Shown here: piece by piece, positions 43,185 through 58,899 of the stretch
How the letters are laid out: each line of letters starts with the position of its first letter
Numbering within the stretch: position 1 is the stretch's first letter
From: Lama glama
Lineage: Eukaryota
NCBI GenBank assembly: GCA_028534125.1
Contig: CM052816.1
Coordinates: 7,442,001 to 7,506,000 of the forward strand
Length of the DNA stretch: 64,000 bases
Reading direction: 5' to 3'
Translations under genes and position numbers: made by a program
Notes under the pieces: generated by a model
What the model was told of the DNA's origin: nothing
What the model saw: the letters and a program-made list of their open reading frames with translations, nothing else
Databases searched by the model: none

Positions 43185-43453
43185 TCAATAGACTCACAGA
43201 CATAGAAAACAAACAATTACTAAAGGAGAAAGAGGGGTGGGGAGGGATAAATTAGGAGTTTGGGATTAGCAGATACAAACTACTATATGTAATATAGATA
43301 AACAACAAGGTCCTAATGTAGAGCACAGAGAACTACATTCGGTAGCTTGTAATAACCTATAACGAAAAAGAATATATATATGTATAACTGAATCACTATG
43401 CTGTATACCAGAAACTAACACAATGTTGTAAAACAACTATGCTTCAATTAATT
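43185..43453 (+). mobile_element. 5'-truncated L1 3'UTR
   Basis: atagactcacagacatagaaaacaaac...caactatgcttcaat; short aaatatc flanking repeat. Confidence 0.8.
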
Positions 43454-43593
43454 AAATATCAAAATAATATCATTGCTGGACATTACCCAAATGCTCCATG
43501 TTAACACATGAATATACAATAATTACTAATTTCAAGAGGAAATTACACTTTAAAGAAATGTTTTAAGTTATACATTGCTTGTCCTTTCCCTAG

Positions 43594-43689
43594 ACTGCAA
43601 AAACCTTTTGTGAACTATGGAGAGGCCATGATGTACAGCCTGGAAACCTGCCCAAATGCCTGGCTGAGGACCCACTCAGCATGGGGAAG
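43594..43689 (+). CDS. SLC36A3: SLC36A3 exon 4
   Basis: cctag acceptor; LQKPFVNYGEAMMYSLETCPNAWLRTHSAWG; donor GTAGTA; 96 nt; absent from the ORF track. Confidence 0.94.
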
Positions 43690-44869
43690 GTAGTAGTCAT
43701 AGATGTCACAATAGTAGTAGTAATAATAAAACAGACACAGTAATAATAATCCTCACCCGTTCTGCCTTTATTTCTAGCTACACAAGTTTTATATGAATGT
43801 GTTCTTATTGCACACTGTCAAACAATGCAGAGAATCTCCATTAGCTCCATCCCCCATCCCACTCTTCACCCAAGAAGTAATCCCTGATACCTAGTTAATA
43901 AATACTACTCTAGACTTTTTCTCCCCATGTACATGATGTGTGTGTGCAAATGAAACTATATGTGATTTGGGTTGTATTTCCTTATGTATTAACTGGAATA
44001 GTTTTGGGAAATTTGCTCTTAACAACATGTCTCTAATTTCTTCCCATGTTGGGACATAGAGCTAGACTTCATTGTTTTGTGAAACTCAAAATTTTCCCCA
44101 ATGTAGATGGATACTGTGGTTTTATTTAATCCTTCCCCAAAGGTGGATATTTAGGTTGATCCCTCACTGGATAAAAAGTTTATAGTGTACAAAACACTAT
44201 GTCTCAGCTCCTCTCATCATCTCAATGACCTTGTGAGGTAGGTGGGTGTGTCTTTATTGTCCTGTAAATATGGTGACCAAGGCTCACAGAGACAGAATAA
44301 CATGTCCAAAGTCATAGACATAGATAGTGGTGAAGCAGAGTTTCAACCGAGCACCCAACATGTTAGCCTTTCCCAGAGAAGCCTCTCAGGAGGTAGTGAG
44401 TCAATATTGTGGCTTCCAAGATCTCTCCTGCAGAACTCCTCTCTTGGGACTCTTAGTAGATCCCCGATCCCCTGGGTAGGAGTCACTCTGATTGTCAGGC
44501 AGGTGAGGCAGGGGGCAGTTATAATGGAGGACTCATAATTGACCGTCCTTTCTTACCAAGATATAACAGCTTCTGATGACACCCTAAATAAAACTTTCAA
44601 GTGGGAAGGGTCCTTGGCGATCACTATACCCATGTCTTTTCAAGTGGAGGAAGATGAAAACCAGACAGGCCATAAGGCTGCTCAAGGTTACCCAGGAATT
44701 TAATGGCAGAGCAAGCATTGACATCCAGAACATCCAGCTCCCACCCACTACACTGTGCCATTTCTCTGGAGTCCCAGTAACTGAGAAAGAATTGGGAAAC
44801 TATTTTATTTAAACCAATGATATGTAATTTTTAGTCTGCTAAGAGATACATGGAGAGTTTGATTCAAAA

Positions 44870-46895
44870 GTACCCACTCTGTGTAAGCAACAGTCATCAG
44901 TGGATGCTCATTGTGAAAGGTCATTGGAAAATTATAAAGGAAGAATATACTGACATCACCTGACCCCATGTACTCCGCATCTCATGTTTAGACATGGGAC
45001 AGCCAGACATGATGTATCTTATCATGGGATACAGTGAGGAGTACAGAGCACCAGCTCTGAAATACCCTTGCCAGAAAGATAAGTGAAGAACCTTAATCTT
45101 ATCAAACCACTAGGTCTAACACCAGTTTACAAGAAGCACAGGGGATAAATGAACAAGATAAATGGCATTATGAATTCATCAACTGAATCTAGAAAGTGGA
45201 ACATACTACAGACAATTTTCTGGTATCTTCAATACCAACCAAAAATACTGAAGTTCCAAGGGAAAAAAATAGAGGGCAAAGGAAATAGAGTGGTTTAAAA
45301 AAAAACTTGAGACCTAGTAACAAAATGCAATGAATAGACGTTTAGAAATCAACTGTGAAATAGATTTTTTTTAAACTGGAAAAATCTGAATATGGATTGA
45401 ATATTAAATGATATAAAGAATTGTTAGTTTTCTAAGGGGTGATTAATGGCATGATGGTTATATTTTATTTAAATTCTTGACCACTAGAGCTGCATGCTGA
45501 ATTATTTACAGGTGGAATGACTTGAGGTCTCTAGTTTGCTTCAGATATTCCAACAAAATAAGGGTGTGTGCTGTGGAGTGAAGGAGCTGATGGAAGAGGT
45601 TTGCCAAAAAGTTAATTGTTGAAGCTGGGATGAGCACAAGAGGAGTCACTGAATTATTGTCATTGCTTTTGTGTATGTTTGAGAATCTCCATTATAAAAA
45701 GGAAAAACATCTCCATTCTGAAGTCTCACCTGACACTGCCAATCTTCTGACTCAGGCTGATATGAAAGCCAGGAATCTGTTTTTTTAGCATAAACCTCAG
45801 ATGATGCTGATGCAATGGTTGCTACAACCCAATCCTGAAAAACACGGATCTAAACATTAGAACCTAAGGAGAGAAACATATTTTTGTACTATTAAAAAAT
45901 AAATGCATCTCCAAATTCAGGACAATTTGAGAATCCAAAAGAATAATGACAGTAATGGAGTATAATATATTAAATAAAAAATAATGTGAGTTTATCATGA
46001 TTAAAAATAGGAGGGAAGAATATATCTTTCTTAAGTGCTAGCTAATAAACTTAGATGAAATGACAGAACTAGAAAATCACCATCTTGCAACCACCAATGA
46101 AATAATTGATTCAGGCAAAGATCACCAGTCAATTTGTTAAAACCCTTGGTTTGAGGAGAATAGGATATTCATGCCATCTCAAAGTTTTACCCCCAGGTTA
46201 CAAAGCAGGAAATGGGCACTTACAAAGGAGAGGTCTAGCAGTCACCTTCACACTGGAACCACAGGGCATCCTGTGCCTCGCAGTATGATGAATCAGAAGT
46301 ACAAAGTATCACCTACATGGTATGTTTGCCTAAAGTGGCTTATCTGAATCATAAAGAAACAGTCACATTAGTCCATAATGTGGGACATTCTACAAAACAG
46401 ATGGCCTAGACTCTTCCCAAAAAGTCATTGTCATGGGAAACAAAAAAGGTGGATGTATATACACGGCTGCTCTACCTGAACAAAAGATGAAAGAGATGTA
46501 GCCAGATGCAACATATAAACCTTGATTAGATCCTCAATCAAAAAGAATTTTTAAACAGCTGTAAAAGATGTTTTGGAGAGAACTGAGTTATTGAAAATAT
46601 AGACTACATATTGAAAGATATTGAAGTTGATTTTCTGGATATCAAAGTCCTTAGAGAGGTGTATTAAGGTATTTAGGGTTGACGTGTTGTAATATCTGCA
46701 ATTAATTTTCAAGTAGTTCGGAGAAAAATGCATGTACACATATGTGTAAGGATGAACACATTCATCCATCCATATGTAATGTGGGAAGGGCTAAAAGTTA
46801 ACAGTCAGTATATCTAGTTAAAAGTTATATGCATGTTAATTATCTAGTCTTTCAGCTTTTTCTCTGCATTTGAAATTTTTCAAAATAAAAAAATG
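44870..46895 (+). mobile_element. Ancient L1 (L1MC/ME-like) 3'UTR remnants
   Basis: Degenerate motifs ending tttgaaatttttcaaaataaaa; boundaries approximate. Confidence 0.5.
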
Positions 46896-46959
46896 GGGAA
46901 ATATTAAAAATAATAACAAATGAAATAATTGTCTCAAAAGATAAAAATAAATGCACTAA

Positions 46960-47139
<180 letters not shown>

Positions 47140-47799
47140 TAAGACTGCATTAGCAAGAGTGTAGTGTTCAGAGCATGGGAGGAGCAGACTTCAGTTCTAC
47201 TCCTGGATCAGACTACACTTGGGAGTTCTCTCCATCCTGGGAATCACTCTTTAAAAGGATCATAGGGAAGCCAAAGCAACATCTGAGGAGTGTAACAAGG
47301 ATGCAGAGAGAGCTTGCAACTATGTCCAATCAGAAATAATTGAGAATTTTTAGCCCTAAAAGTGTTGGTGACATTTTCTTTAGGTATATCAGGGTTGTCA
47401 TGCAGAAGATGACTAAATTGAGGCAAACTAAATTGAGCTGCAACCTTGCTCTCATTGCATTCCTAACAGGCATTACAAGTCAGTCATGGCATTCTTTCCT
47501 GGCTTCATGAAATTGAGGGAGCACACTTGTTTTTGTGCACTCAAACAGAACTATGACAAGCAGTGTAAATGGATATTCAAGCAGATAGATTTTGGTCAAT
47601 ATTTTGAGCTTTCTAACTTTTAGGGTTATCTAAGGTTGAAGAAGATATTCCTGTGTAATGAATTCCTGTTCTCGGGATGTATGAAAGAAAACCATTTGGT
47701 ATGGAAGAAGAGGTTGGGCTAGATGACAAAGGACCCTTCAGCCTTAAGATTTGATGATTCTAAGGGTTTTTGGTTGTCACAACCATGAGTACCACAGTT

Positions 47800-47996
47800 C
47801 AGGAGTACCAGATTTGGCAAATAAAACTGTATGACAGCCAGTTAAACTGGAATTTCAGATAAGAAGCAAATAATTGTTTTTTACTATGAGTATGTCCTTA
47901 TGTAATATTTGGAACTTAACTTTTACTCAAAAGTTATTTGTTAATTATCTGAAATTGAAACTTAACTGGGCATCCTGTGTTCATGTGGCAGCTCTA
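47800..47996. mobile_element. MER53-like palindromic MITE
   Basis: Inverted arms ccagttaa...aatttcagataa / ttatctgaaatt...ttaactgg; matches the remembered MER53 consensus. Confidence 0.8.
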
Positions 47997-47997
47997 A

Positions 47998-48255
<258 letters not shown>

Positions 48256-48461
48256 TGAAACCACTGCAGAAGAGGGTCAGTGTCCAGGGCTCCTGAGACA
48301 CTTGGGGAGGGTCATTGTCACTATGGGCAAGTGAAAGTGAGGAAGGTGACCTCCTGCTCTGAGCATCCCCTACTAAGGTGACATCTGTGAGCTTCTGTCC
48401 CACAAGCTATAAAAGCTAGTCATCATTGTCACACTGGATAACAATGGGTCATTCAACAAAT

Positions 48462-48734
48462 GGGTTTTTTTTAAATTTTTTTATTGAAGTGTAGTTGATT
48501 TACAATGTTAGTTTCCGGCGTACAACAAAGTGATTCAGTTACACATACATATATACATATGTTTTCAGATTCTTTTCCATTATAGCTTATTATAAGATAT
48601 TGAGTATAGTCCCCTGTGCTATATAGTAGGTCCTTGTTGTTTATCTATTTTACGTATAGTAGTATGTATCTGTTAATCCTAAACTCCTAATTTATCCCTC
48701 CCCCTACCTTTTCCCTTTGGTAACCATAGTTTAT
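48462..48734 (-). mobile_element. 5'-truncated L1 3'UTR with 11-bp TSD
   Basis: TSD attcaacaaat at 48451-48461 and 48735-48745; poly(T) at the left end. Confidence 0.9.
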
Positions 48735-49167
48735 ATTCAACAAATAGTTCTTGATAACTTCTGTGATCCAGGCATTGTGCAAGGGGCAGGGGCTTCAGTG
48801 GTACATAAAACTGACAGGTGACTGCTCTCTTGAAGGTTACAATCACTTGGGGAGATAAACCCCAATCATATAACCAGCCAAAACAGTAACAGTGATAGGC
48901 TGACAAGGGATAGGTGGATGGCAAAGGAATTTGATTCATTTTGTGCCAGGTTCTTTATATATTAACTCGTTAGATTTTCACAATGATGCTATTTTATAAG
49001 TAGTACTACTTTATCCTCACTTTACAGATAAGAAAACTGATCAACAGAAAGTAATTTTTCCACTAATTCCAGTCATTTTGCCTCCCAGCCCCTGCTTTGC
49101 TATTATTACAGGCTCTGAAATTCCACCATTATAGTTTCATTTCTTTGAATCTGAAAGTCTCTGGGGT

Positions 49168-49624
49168 TGTATTTGTTTCCTGCTGCTGCTGTAACAAGTC
49201 ACCACAAATCTGATGGCTTAAAACAACACATTATCTTAGAGTTCTGGAGGTCTCATTGGGCTAAAAGCATCAGGGCTGCATTTCTTTCTGGAGTCTTTGG
49301 AGTTGAATTTGTTTCTTTGCCTTTTCCAGCTTCTAGAAGCTGCCCTCCTGTATAAACTCATGGTCTACTTCCCTCTTCAAAGCCAGCAGTGTCAGGCCAA
49401 GCCTTTTCATACTGTAATCTTTCAGTTCTCTCTTCTGACTTCCTCTTCCACTTTTAAAGACTTTTGTGATTACACTGGACCCCCAGATAATCCAAGATAA
49501 CCTCCTTATTTTAAAATTAGCTGATTAGCTATCTTCATTCAGTTTGAAAACTTAATTCTGCCTTGCCATGTAACATAACATATTAAAGCTTCCAGGGACT
49601 AGGATGTGGACATTATTCTGCCCA
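49168..49624 (-). mobile_element. MLT1-type LTR
   Basis: tgtatttgtttcctgctgctgctgtaacaa...ggcttaaaacaacac...cattattctgcc. Confidence 0.75.
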
Positions 49625-49829
49625 GGAGAGTCTATTAAAATAAGCATTCCCTCTAGATCTCTGATAGCTGCTGTACCAGCTAGGAGACTTCACGGCTCTG
49701 AGAGAAGTGATGGGAAAGAGGTGTGAGAAAACCTGAGTTCTTATCTGGGCTGTGCCACTAACTTACAGGGTGTAGCCTCGGGCAATTTCCTTCTGTCCCT
49801 GAGCCCCACTTTCCTCACATGTACAGATG

Positions 49830-50740
49830 TGATAAATCAAAATGTGGTAAATACATACAAAGTATTCCTTAGAAATGAATGAAATTCTGATCCATGCTAC
49901 AACATGGATGAAACTTAGAGACATTATGATTAGTGAAGTAAACCAGTCACAAAAAGACATCTATTATTTGATTTCACTTACATGAGGTACCTAGAATAGT
50001 CAAATTCATAGAGACAGAAAGTCAAACAGGGTTCTATCATCAGCCATTTCAAGAGCAGTGTCAAACATCAAACGGGAGAAAGGAGTAATATACTTAATAT
50101 ACTCAAAAAAATTAAACCAAGGATTTGATATCTAATCAAACTGATTTTTCAGTTTATGAAGCCTACAGACAAACTGCTAGGGGGAACTATCATGTGTAAC
50201 TTATGAATGGATAGACATCCACATACAGACTGGTGGTGAGCTTTAAATTTGTCTTTACCATTTAACTAAGACGGAATAAAATTGTGAAAGTATAGAATGT
50301 GGTATACAGTGACTATATGGTCTAACGATTTAGATACAGTACAACTGTAAAGAAAGAGGGAGACAATGGAGAGAGCTTACAAAAAATAGAGAATTATAAT
50401 AAACTTGTTGTTCCCATATAGTATTGACCATAAATATAATGATGTGACTGTAATTTAAATTCTAGTGAAAAGAAACGAGAAAGAAGAGATTATTAGCTAA
50501 TTCTAAAAAAAAAAAGAAAAGAAAAGAAAGTCAAACAGGGTTCACCGGGGGCTGAGTAATAGGGAGATATTATTTATTAGGTGTAGAGTTTCAGCTGGGG
50601 ATGATGATGAAGCTCTGGAGATGGAATCTGGTGATGGTTGTACGATAATGTGAATGTACTTAATGCCACTGAATTGTACACTTAAAAATGTTTAAAATGG
50701 CCAATTTTATGCAATGTATATTACCACAATAAAAATAAAT
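49830..50740 (+). mobile_element. Old L1 (L1MB-like) 3'UTR, split by a 490-bp retro-insertion
   Basis: gctacaacatggatgaa...gtacacttaaaaatg; the host is continuous once the insert and one TSD are removed. Confidence 0.8.
50035..50524 (+). mobile_element. Poly(A)-tailed retroposed insert of unknown source with 19-bp TSD
   Basis: TSD agaaagtcaaacagggttc at 50016-50034 and 50525-50543; A-rich tail at about 50504-50524. Confidence 0.9.
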
Positions 50741-50864
50741 TAACTTTTAAAAGATAAGAAGCTGACTCAGCTGTAGGTATCTTATGGGTGCTTGTAACAC
50801 TGTCTCTGTTGTCAGGTGAGCCCAGCTCTCTACCAGATCTGGAGTGACTTCTGCATCATGGTAA

Positions 50865-51173
<309 letters not shown>

Positions 51174-51279
51174 TGAGAACTTATCATCAGCCCATGTGGA
51201 GTGGGACTACTCCTGGCAGCAGAAAGTGTAGGAGGAAATGAAAGGGGTTGTGGCCGCTTCCTGGCCCCAGGCTGCCTAG

Positions 51280-51546
<267 letters not shown>

Positions 51547-52557
51547 TAGGGTGGGGAGGGGAGGGGGGTCATGGGCTCTGAGCCTTAGCAACAAATATTA
51601 CCTGATAACATTAATATGACAGTAACAGTTACGTTTGATAATCCAGGCATTGTGTGTTACCTCATTTAATTCTCACAGCAGCCCTATGGCAAAGCAAGCA
51701 GCATAGCCACGGCCTCACTCCCAGGGGTAGGGAAGTGAAATCCTACTGTGTGCTGGGAGCCTGGGAAGTAATTGGAGAGCAGCACACAGGACTGCCAGGC
51801 TGTCTCAGGAAATGGCTGTGAGGATAAATTGGCTTAATATACATAAAATGCCTAGGAAAGTGGCACATAGTAGGCACTCATCGAGTGTGAGCTGTTCTCA
51901 CTGTTATGTCTCCCCACGGCCTTGGTCTTTTTAAGTGAGTAGTATGACGGGGCATTCATTTCCCACAAAGCCACGGCTGTAAAATGAGAAAAAGATCACC
52001 AGTCCCATCTGCTTCACTGCGTTGTGGTAATGACTGGATGAGATAATAAACGTGGAATTTCTTTGAAGTTGTGAGTTATTTTACACCAGAAAGATACTAT
52101 CGGCCTAATATAGTGTTCTTATTCTGGGCCATTCGGGCTGCCACTAGCTACCTTGGGCAGGGCGCTTTCCTTGTGGGGGAGTCAGCTGAAAAACATGGGC
52201 GTCAGGTGCCTTGATATCACACCTCTGGACCTGGCTCCTCACAGAGTCTCCAGAGGAGCCTTAAAGGAATAAACACAAATGTCCTCCCAATGAGAAAAAG
52301 ACCAACCAAACAACCCAAGTTAAAATGGGCCTGAGCGAGCAGTTCACAGGCAAATCCAAAAAATGACATTTTATGTATTTGAAAGGATGCTTTGTCTCCT
52401 TCATAATAACAGAAATGCCAATTGGAAAAAAAAAAAAACCACAATGGCAAAGACCAGCATGTGTTCACAAGGAGACAGGGACGCAAGCTCTCCAATATGC
52501 TGGGACAACAAATGGGCTATATAGATACACATATATAGGGCCAAGAGCCATCAAAAT

Positions 52558-53336
52558 AGTATTTCATTTTCTGTTTTATTTTTATTGAGGTATAGTTTTA
52601 TTTCCTACTTTATTTTTATGGAAGTGTATTATATAGGCTTCAGGTATACAACATAGTGATTCACAATTTTTAAAGGTCATATTCCCTGAATAGTCATTAT
52701 AAAATATTGGCTCTATTCCCTGTGTTGTACAAGACACCCTTGTGGCCTATTTATTTTAGGCATAGTAGTTTGTACCTCTTCATCCTCTACCTATCTTGCC
52801 CCTCCCTTGTCCCTCTCCCCACTGGTAACCACTAGTTTGTTCTCTACATCTGTGAGCCCATTTCTTTTCTGTTATATTCACTAGCTTGTTGTATTTTTTT
52901 GATTCTACATATAAGTAATATCATACAGTATTTGTCTTTCTCTGTCTGACTTATGTCACTTAACATAAATACACTTCAGGTACATCCATGTTTTTGAAAA
53001 TGGCAAATTTTCATTCTTTTTTACAGCTGGATAATATTCCATTGTGTATGTGTGTGTGTATATATATATCTCACATCTTCTTTATCCATTCATCTGTTGA
53101 TGGACACTTAGGTAGCTTCCATATCTTGGCAATTGTTATTAATGCCATTGTGAACATTGGGGTGCATGTATCTTTTTGAATTAATGTTTTTATTTTCTAA
53201 GATAATACCCAGGAACAGAATTGCTGGGTCATATGGTAGTTCTGTTTTTAGCTTTTTGAGGAACCTCCATACTGTTTTCCACAGTGGCTGCATCAGTTTA
53301 CATTCCCACCAGCAATGTATGAGTGTTCCTTTTTCT
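52558..53336 (-). mobile_element. 5'-truncated L1 nested in an ancient L1 remnant
   Basis: Minus-strand ORF2 C-terminus ([13 protein letters not shown]); degenerate TSD aagagc(c/t)at(c/t)aaaat at 52543 and 53337. Confidence 0.85.
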
Positions 53337-54002
53337 AAGAGCTATTAAAATGTTAAATCACGTATACTTTTACCCAGCATTTTTACTTCTGAGGTTGTGT
53401 ACTATATGTGCATCGATATATGTACAAGAATATTCTTCGCAGCATTGTTTATTGGCAAAAGATTGGGAATAATCTAAATATCCAGTAAGTAGGGACTGGT
53501 TAAATAATTACAGTATATCCATGCAGTGGAGATACCAAACAGGTAATTACATAGAAGAGCCGGATCAATGTGTACTGATGGGAAGCAATCACCAGGAAAT
53601 GTTTAGTGAATAAAAAACAGAGCTCAACAGTGTGTAGAGGAAGCTACAGTGTATACGCTTGTGTGTATGTGTGTGTTTGTGTGTCCCTACATTCTGGATA
53701 ACCTTGTATTTATACTATTTCTGGAAGAGATTCAAGAACACTGTAAGAGGAGTTGCCTATGGAGAGAGGAACTGGAGACTGGGAGTCAAAGGTGGGAGGG
53801 AATCATGGTATGACTTTTGTCCTGTGGATTTTACTCAATGCAGGTATAACTTTTTTAAAAAGAAAAAAAAAAAGGCACAGATCCCTAAGCCACAGGCCTA
53901 CTGAATCAGAATCTCCAGGAATGTGCACCTTTAGTAGGCTTCCCAAGTGGCTGTCACAGCAGGTCAGGCTGTCAGTGGAAGTGAGGCAGTTCTGCGACTT
54001 GA

Positions 54003-54266
<264 letters not shown>

Positions 54267-54814
54267 TAGGATTCAAGGATTCTCTTTGCCCAAAGCTGTG
54301 GCTGGGAGCCACATCGGCATCTACCCCTCTATCATTGGCTCTGCCACTAGCCAAGCAAGATATTTTAACTCCTGAGCCTCCACTTTCCAACTGGAAAATG
54401 GGCATAACAGAACTGTCCCATAGTAAATGTTATGGTAATCTCTACTGTCTACACATAGAAAGTAAACATTGGTTGGTTTATGGGAGAAAGAAGTATTATT
54501 TATTCAATCCTATGTGCCTCATGTATGCCAGGCATGGTACTGACTTTATCTAATACTCATGACAGCCTAGTTATGTAATATTCCCAACTGAGGGAACTGT
54601 GACCCAGGAAATTAAGCAACATGCTCAAATCATACAGCCGCTAAGTGACAGAGCTGTGATTTGAATGCAGGTTGTGTAGCACCAAAGTTTATGTCTTCTG
54701 TTGTGCCATATTTCTTTCTATCATAAATTAAGGTCAAGTCCCTTCTCATAAAGTAGTGTTTAATTACAGGGGAAAACCCCAAGGGGCTGATTTGTTAAAG
54801 TCTTGGAGGTCATT

Positions 54815-54950
54815 TTCTCCTCCCTTCCTCCATCTCTCCCTTCCTTCCTTTCTTCCTTCTTTCCCTCCTTCCTTCCTTTCTTCCTTCTTTCCCTCCTTCC
54901 TTCCTTCCTGCTTCCTTCCACTCATTCATTCATTCATTCATTTATTCATT
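54815..54950. repeat. (CCTT)n / (TTCA)n low-complexity repeat
   Basis: Directly visible. Confidence 0.9.
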
Positions 54951-55584
54951 CTATATCAGGTGCTGTTGTAGATGTTTGGAAAACATGGTGAGCAGGGCTG
55001 CAAAGTTCTTTCTCTGAAACACATCCAAAGAAAGATCAGAAAACCTGCCCCATGAAGAATGAGGGAAAGAACTAAGGAGGTTTTTCCGGGGGAAGGAAAG
55101 GCTTGGGGAATTTCCATATCTGTTGTCAAACACCTGTGGGATTATTGTGCAAGAGAGAGAACAAATTTCACCTTAAAGTCTCCAGGAGTCAGTGTTTAAA
55201 GTTGAGGGAATCCAGTCTCAGTTCAGGGTCAGGAGAAAGTGTGTAACTCTTGGAGCAGTCCAGCAGAACAGCATATTATATTACCAGATACTACACTCCA
55301 CACAACTGGAGTTCTTTAAGCAGAAACAGCACACCTGATGACTTAAGGTGTTACAGAGAGTTCCCAGTCTGTAGCAAGGTCAGAAATCTGCAAGTATATT
55401 GTTTTGAGATCATTCTTAATAGGAAGTGTGTAAGTTGAAGGGAAACACTGTGTAGTTCAGGACACTTGGTATCAGGGAAAGAGCATCACTAGAGACAGCT
55501 GATTTTCAATGACATGTCCTGCTTCTATCTGTGCTGAATAACCACTTCCTCCTCCTTTATTCATCTGTCACTTCTATTATCCTT

Positions 55585-56180
55585 CATTCATTCATCAGTC
55601 ATTTGTTGAGCACCTACTATGTGCCTTACATTTTACTAGGGATACAATAATGAATCATAAAGAAGACATGGCTCCTGCCCTCATGAGACTCACAGTTGAG
55701 TGGGAAATATATGCTAGGAGATAATTACAGAATATTGTGATGAATGGTAAGATAGTACATAATGATGTATAATATGATGGCTAAGATCATAAGAAGAGGC
55801 TATCCTAACTGCACATGAGAAGGTCCTATAACTTAGCCTGGGCCAGGTCAGGGAGTCCTCTCCAGTGGAGTGATATTTCAATAAAGACCTAAAAGAGAAG
55901 TAGGAGGCAGATGGAGAATGGAGAATATACCACATACGGGGAGCAGGCTCTGCACAAATCAGAGGCAAGTACTTACCTATGGCCTCTTTGGAGAACTGGA
56001 AACAGTGGGGAGTGATGAGACGTGGAGCCAGAGGTTTTGGTTGGCAGGGCCTGAGTTCTAAGGGACCTTGTGTTAAGGAGATTGGGCAATGGGGAGCCAT
56101 GGAAGGGCCTTGAGCAATGGGGTGGCATGACCAGGTCTGACCCTTCTAGAGCTCTCCTCCAGTCTACCTTGCATTGTAGC
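55585..56180 (-). mobile_element. L2-like LINE remnant
   Basis: ttcattcattca...ttgagcacctactatgtgcc terminal motif; boundaries approximate. Confidence 0.6.
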
Positions 56181-57298
56181 TTTCCTTAAATGTATCTCCT
56201 CTATGCCCTGTCTGCGTGAGCTCCTAAAAAACAGACACTGACGTCTCTCTGATCCTCCTCCTGGAAGCAATTAATTAAATATCTGATGAAAGAAAGCTGT
56301 GGATGAGGATCATCCATCAGAGACATGATGGCTTCTCAACTGTGAGAGTCTGTGAGTCTCTCTCGTTCTCTGACTGAAGGTGTGGGAGGAATTTCAGAAA
56401 GAGGTATTGTTTTCTTCAAGATCCAGCAAGCTAGTCTGAGTGCTTTCCAGAACAGGTTTTTCCTGATTTGTTCTTAGGAAAACCATATGCTGTATAAAGT
56501 AAAATCACATAAATTGTATATTTGTTCATTTAAGTATTATCAAATTTAGACTCCCCTGGAAAATCCATGGTATTTCTTCATTGTATGTATAAAAGATGGA
56601 AATTTGAGAGTGTTTACAGAAGAGATGGTAAGTGACAGCCTACTGCTGTCTTCATGTTTTAAGTACTCCATAATTACCAGAATCCTTCTAAGAGTGGGAA
56701 AACACGTGGTTGAAATTCTGACAGCAACAGAGCCGTCTCTCACTGTTTACCCATTCTTGCTTCCAGACACAGTGACTATATTAGGTAGATTAGGACAAAT
56801 TCATTGTAGACCCAGTGTCTAGGTAAGGGTCAAGCATTTGTTGAGCACCTACTGTGTACCATATCTTTCACATACATGACAAGTAGCCTAGGAGGGTGGA
56901 AAGGTCCTTGAATTGGGCGTTTCAGTGGATTCTCATCTCAGCTCTGCTTGACCTCGGGTACATCCTGTTCCTTCTAGAGCTCTGGATTTCCCCATGTCTA
57001 TGATGAGAAGGTTATAATAGGTAGGTGGCAGAGGATCTTTTCCAATAAATATTATATGTGAAAAACCCAAGAGATAAAACATAAAAGGAGAGCATCTATA
57101 TTCACAGTTAAACAGAGGTGGGAGTCCACAGCCACAGTGTCTGACCTGCTGCTCAAGTTCACAGTAGGCTCCTTTCCCACCTCTACAAATGGTCTCTCAG
57201 GCATGAAACTATAAGGCTCCAAAGAAATGGCTTCTAGCTCCTTTCTGGGCTCTCTTCTTGCACGAACATTCAGTGATTCTAAATTTCTTCTCTCCTAA

Positions 57299-57604
<306 letters not shown>

Positions 57605-58899
57605 TTTCTATTGTGGATATTATATACGTTCATCAAACCCCAACCTCTCTATATTAATTGGCTTCTTTATCTTTCCAAGACAACTGTAGATGCCACAAGT
57701 CAGTACTGATACCTCTCAGGCTGTGCCTTTTTTTGGTTTTGGATTTCTTTGGAGGTCTTTTGCAACTTTGACCCAAAACCAAATTCAACCATTGACATTA
57801 ATAGCCTTATTTAATGGGAAAAGGGATCCATTTGCTGTGATATCTCTGGAAACAGAAATCAAGCATAGATATAACACAGGAGCAATCATTTTCTCTCTTC
57901 TGAAGTAATTGCCCTTAAAGCATCAGATTTAGAAACGTGTATGTTGCGGGAAGAGGGGTTTCTATTTAGATATTGTTCTAAGTGGAGGAGTCACAGAACA
58001 AAAATAGAATTTGGTGATTTTGTCCAGCCATTTGCTCCGCCATTGATTTTCTTTGGGATCTTGGGCAAGTTTCTCCGCTTCTCCGTCTCACTTTCCCATA
58101 CTGTGAAATGAAAGATTGGACTAATTGGTTGTCAAAGTCTCTTCCAACTCTGATATTCTGAAAGCCAAAAAAAAAAACCAAAAAACAAAAAACAAGAAAC
58201 AAAGAAATTTATCCTTTAACCACGTGTGTGAAAATCGAAGGGTTTTCCATCAAGTTGCCCTGTTGCCCTGGAGATATGGGCATACCAGGACTAGGTTAAG
58301 GGGTAAAAATATTTTTCTTAGCACCCTTTCATTATGGTGATTTCCCTGCCTACATAATGTCCTCCTCTCTCTCTCTCCCCACTCACCACCCCCTACCCCC
58401 ACTGCTTTCTTGCTGCCTCTCTCTCCCCTCCACCCTCCCTCGGCTTCTCAGACATCTAAAGGCCACTTAAAGCTGATTTAGGCTAAAGGGGTTAAGCAGT
58501 TTGTGTGAGGAAAAAGATTTCATCATGTGCAAGGATTACTGACCTACTTTAGAAAATAATACTTAGTTTTATTAAGGGTTTGGAAAAACAGGCACACCTC
58601 TACTCTGCAGATGGCAGTATGCATTTTTTATGGCTTTTCTGAAGGACAGTTTTACAGTAAGTCTTAAAACGTGTAGCCCTCTGACCCACTAATTTCACTT
58701 CTGGGAGCTTATCCTAAGAATCTTATTTATGATAGTAAAGTTGGAAACAGATATCCAACATTAGGTTAAATTATGATTCATTCATAATAGAATGCTATGA
58801 CGCCCTCAAACACTGCAAAAATTCACCTATTGACATGCAAATGTATTTGTGATTTATCAGTGAAAAAAAGCCGGTTTAAAATACTACCTGAAGCACAAC

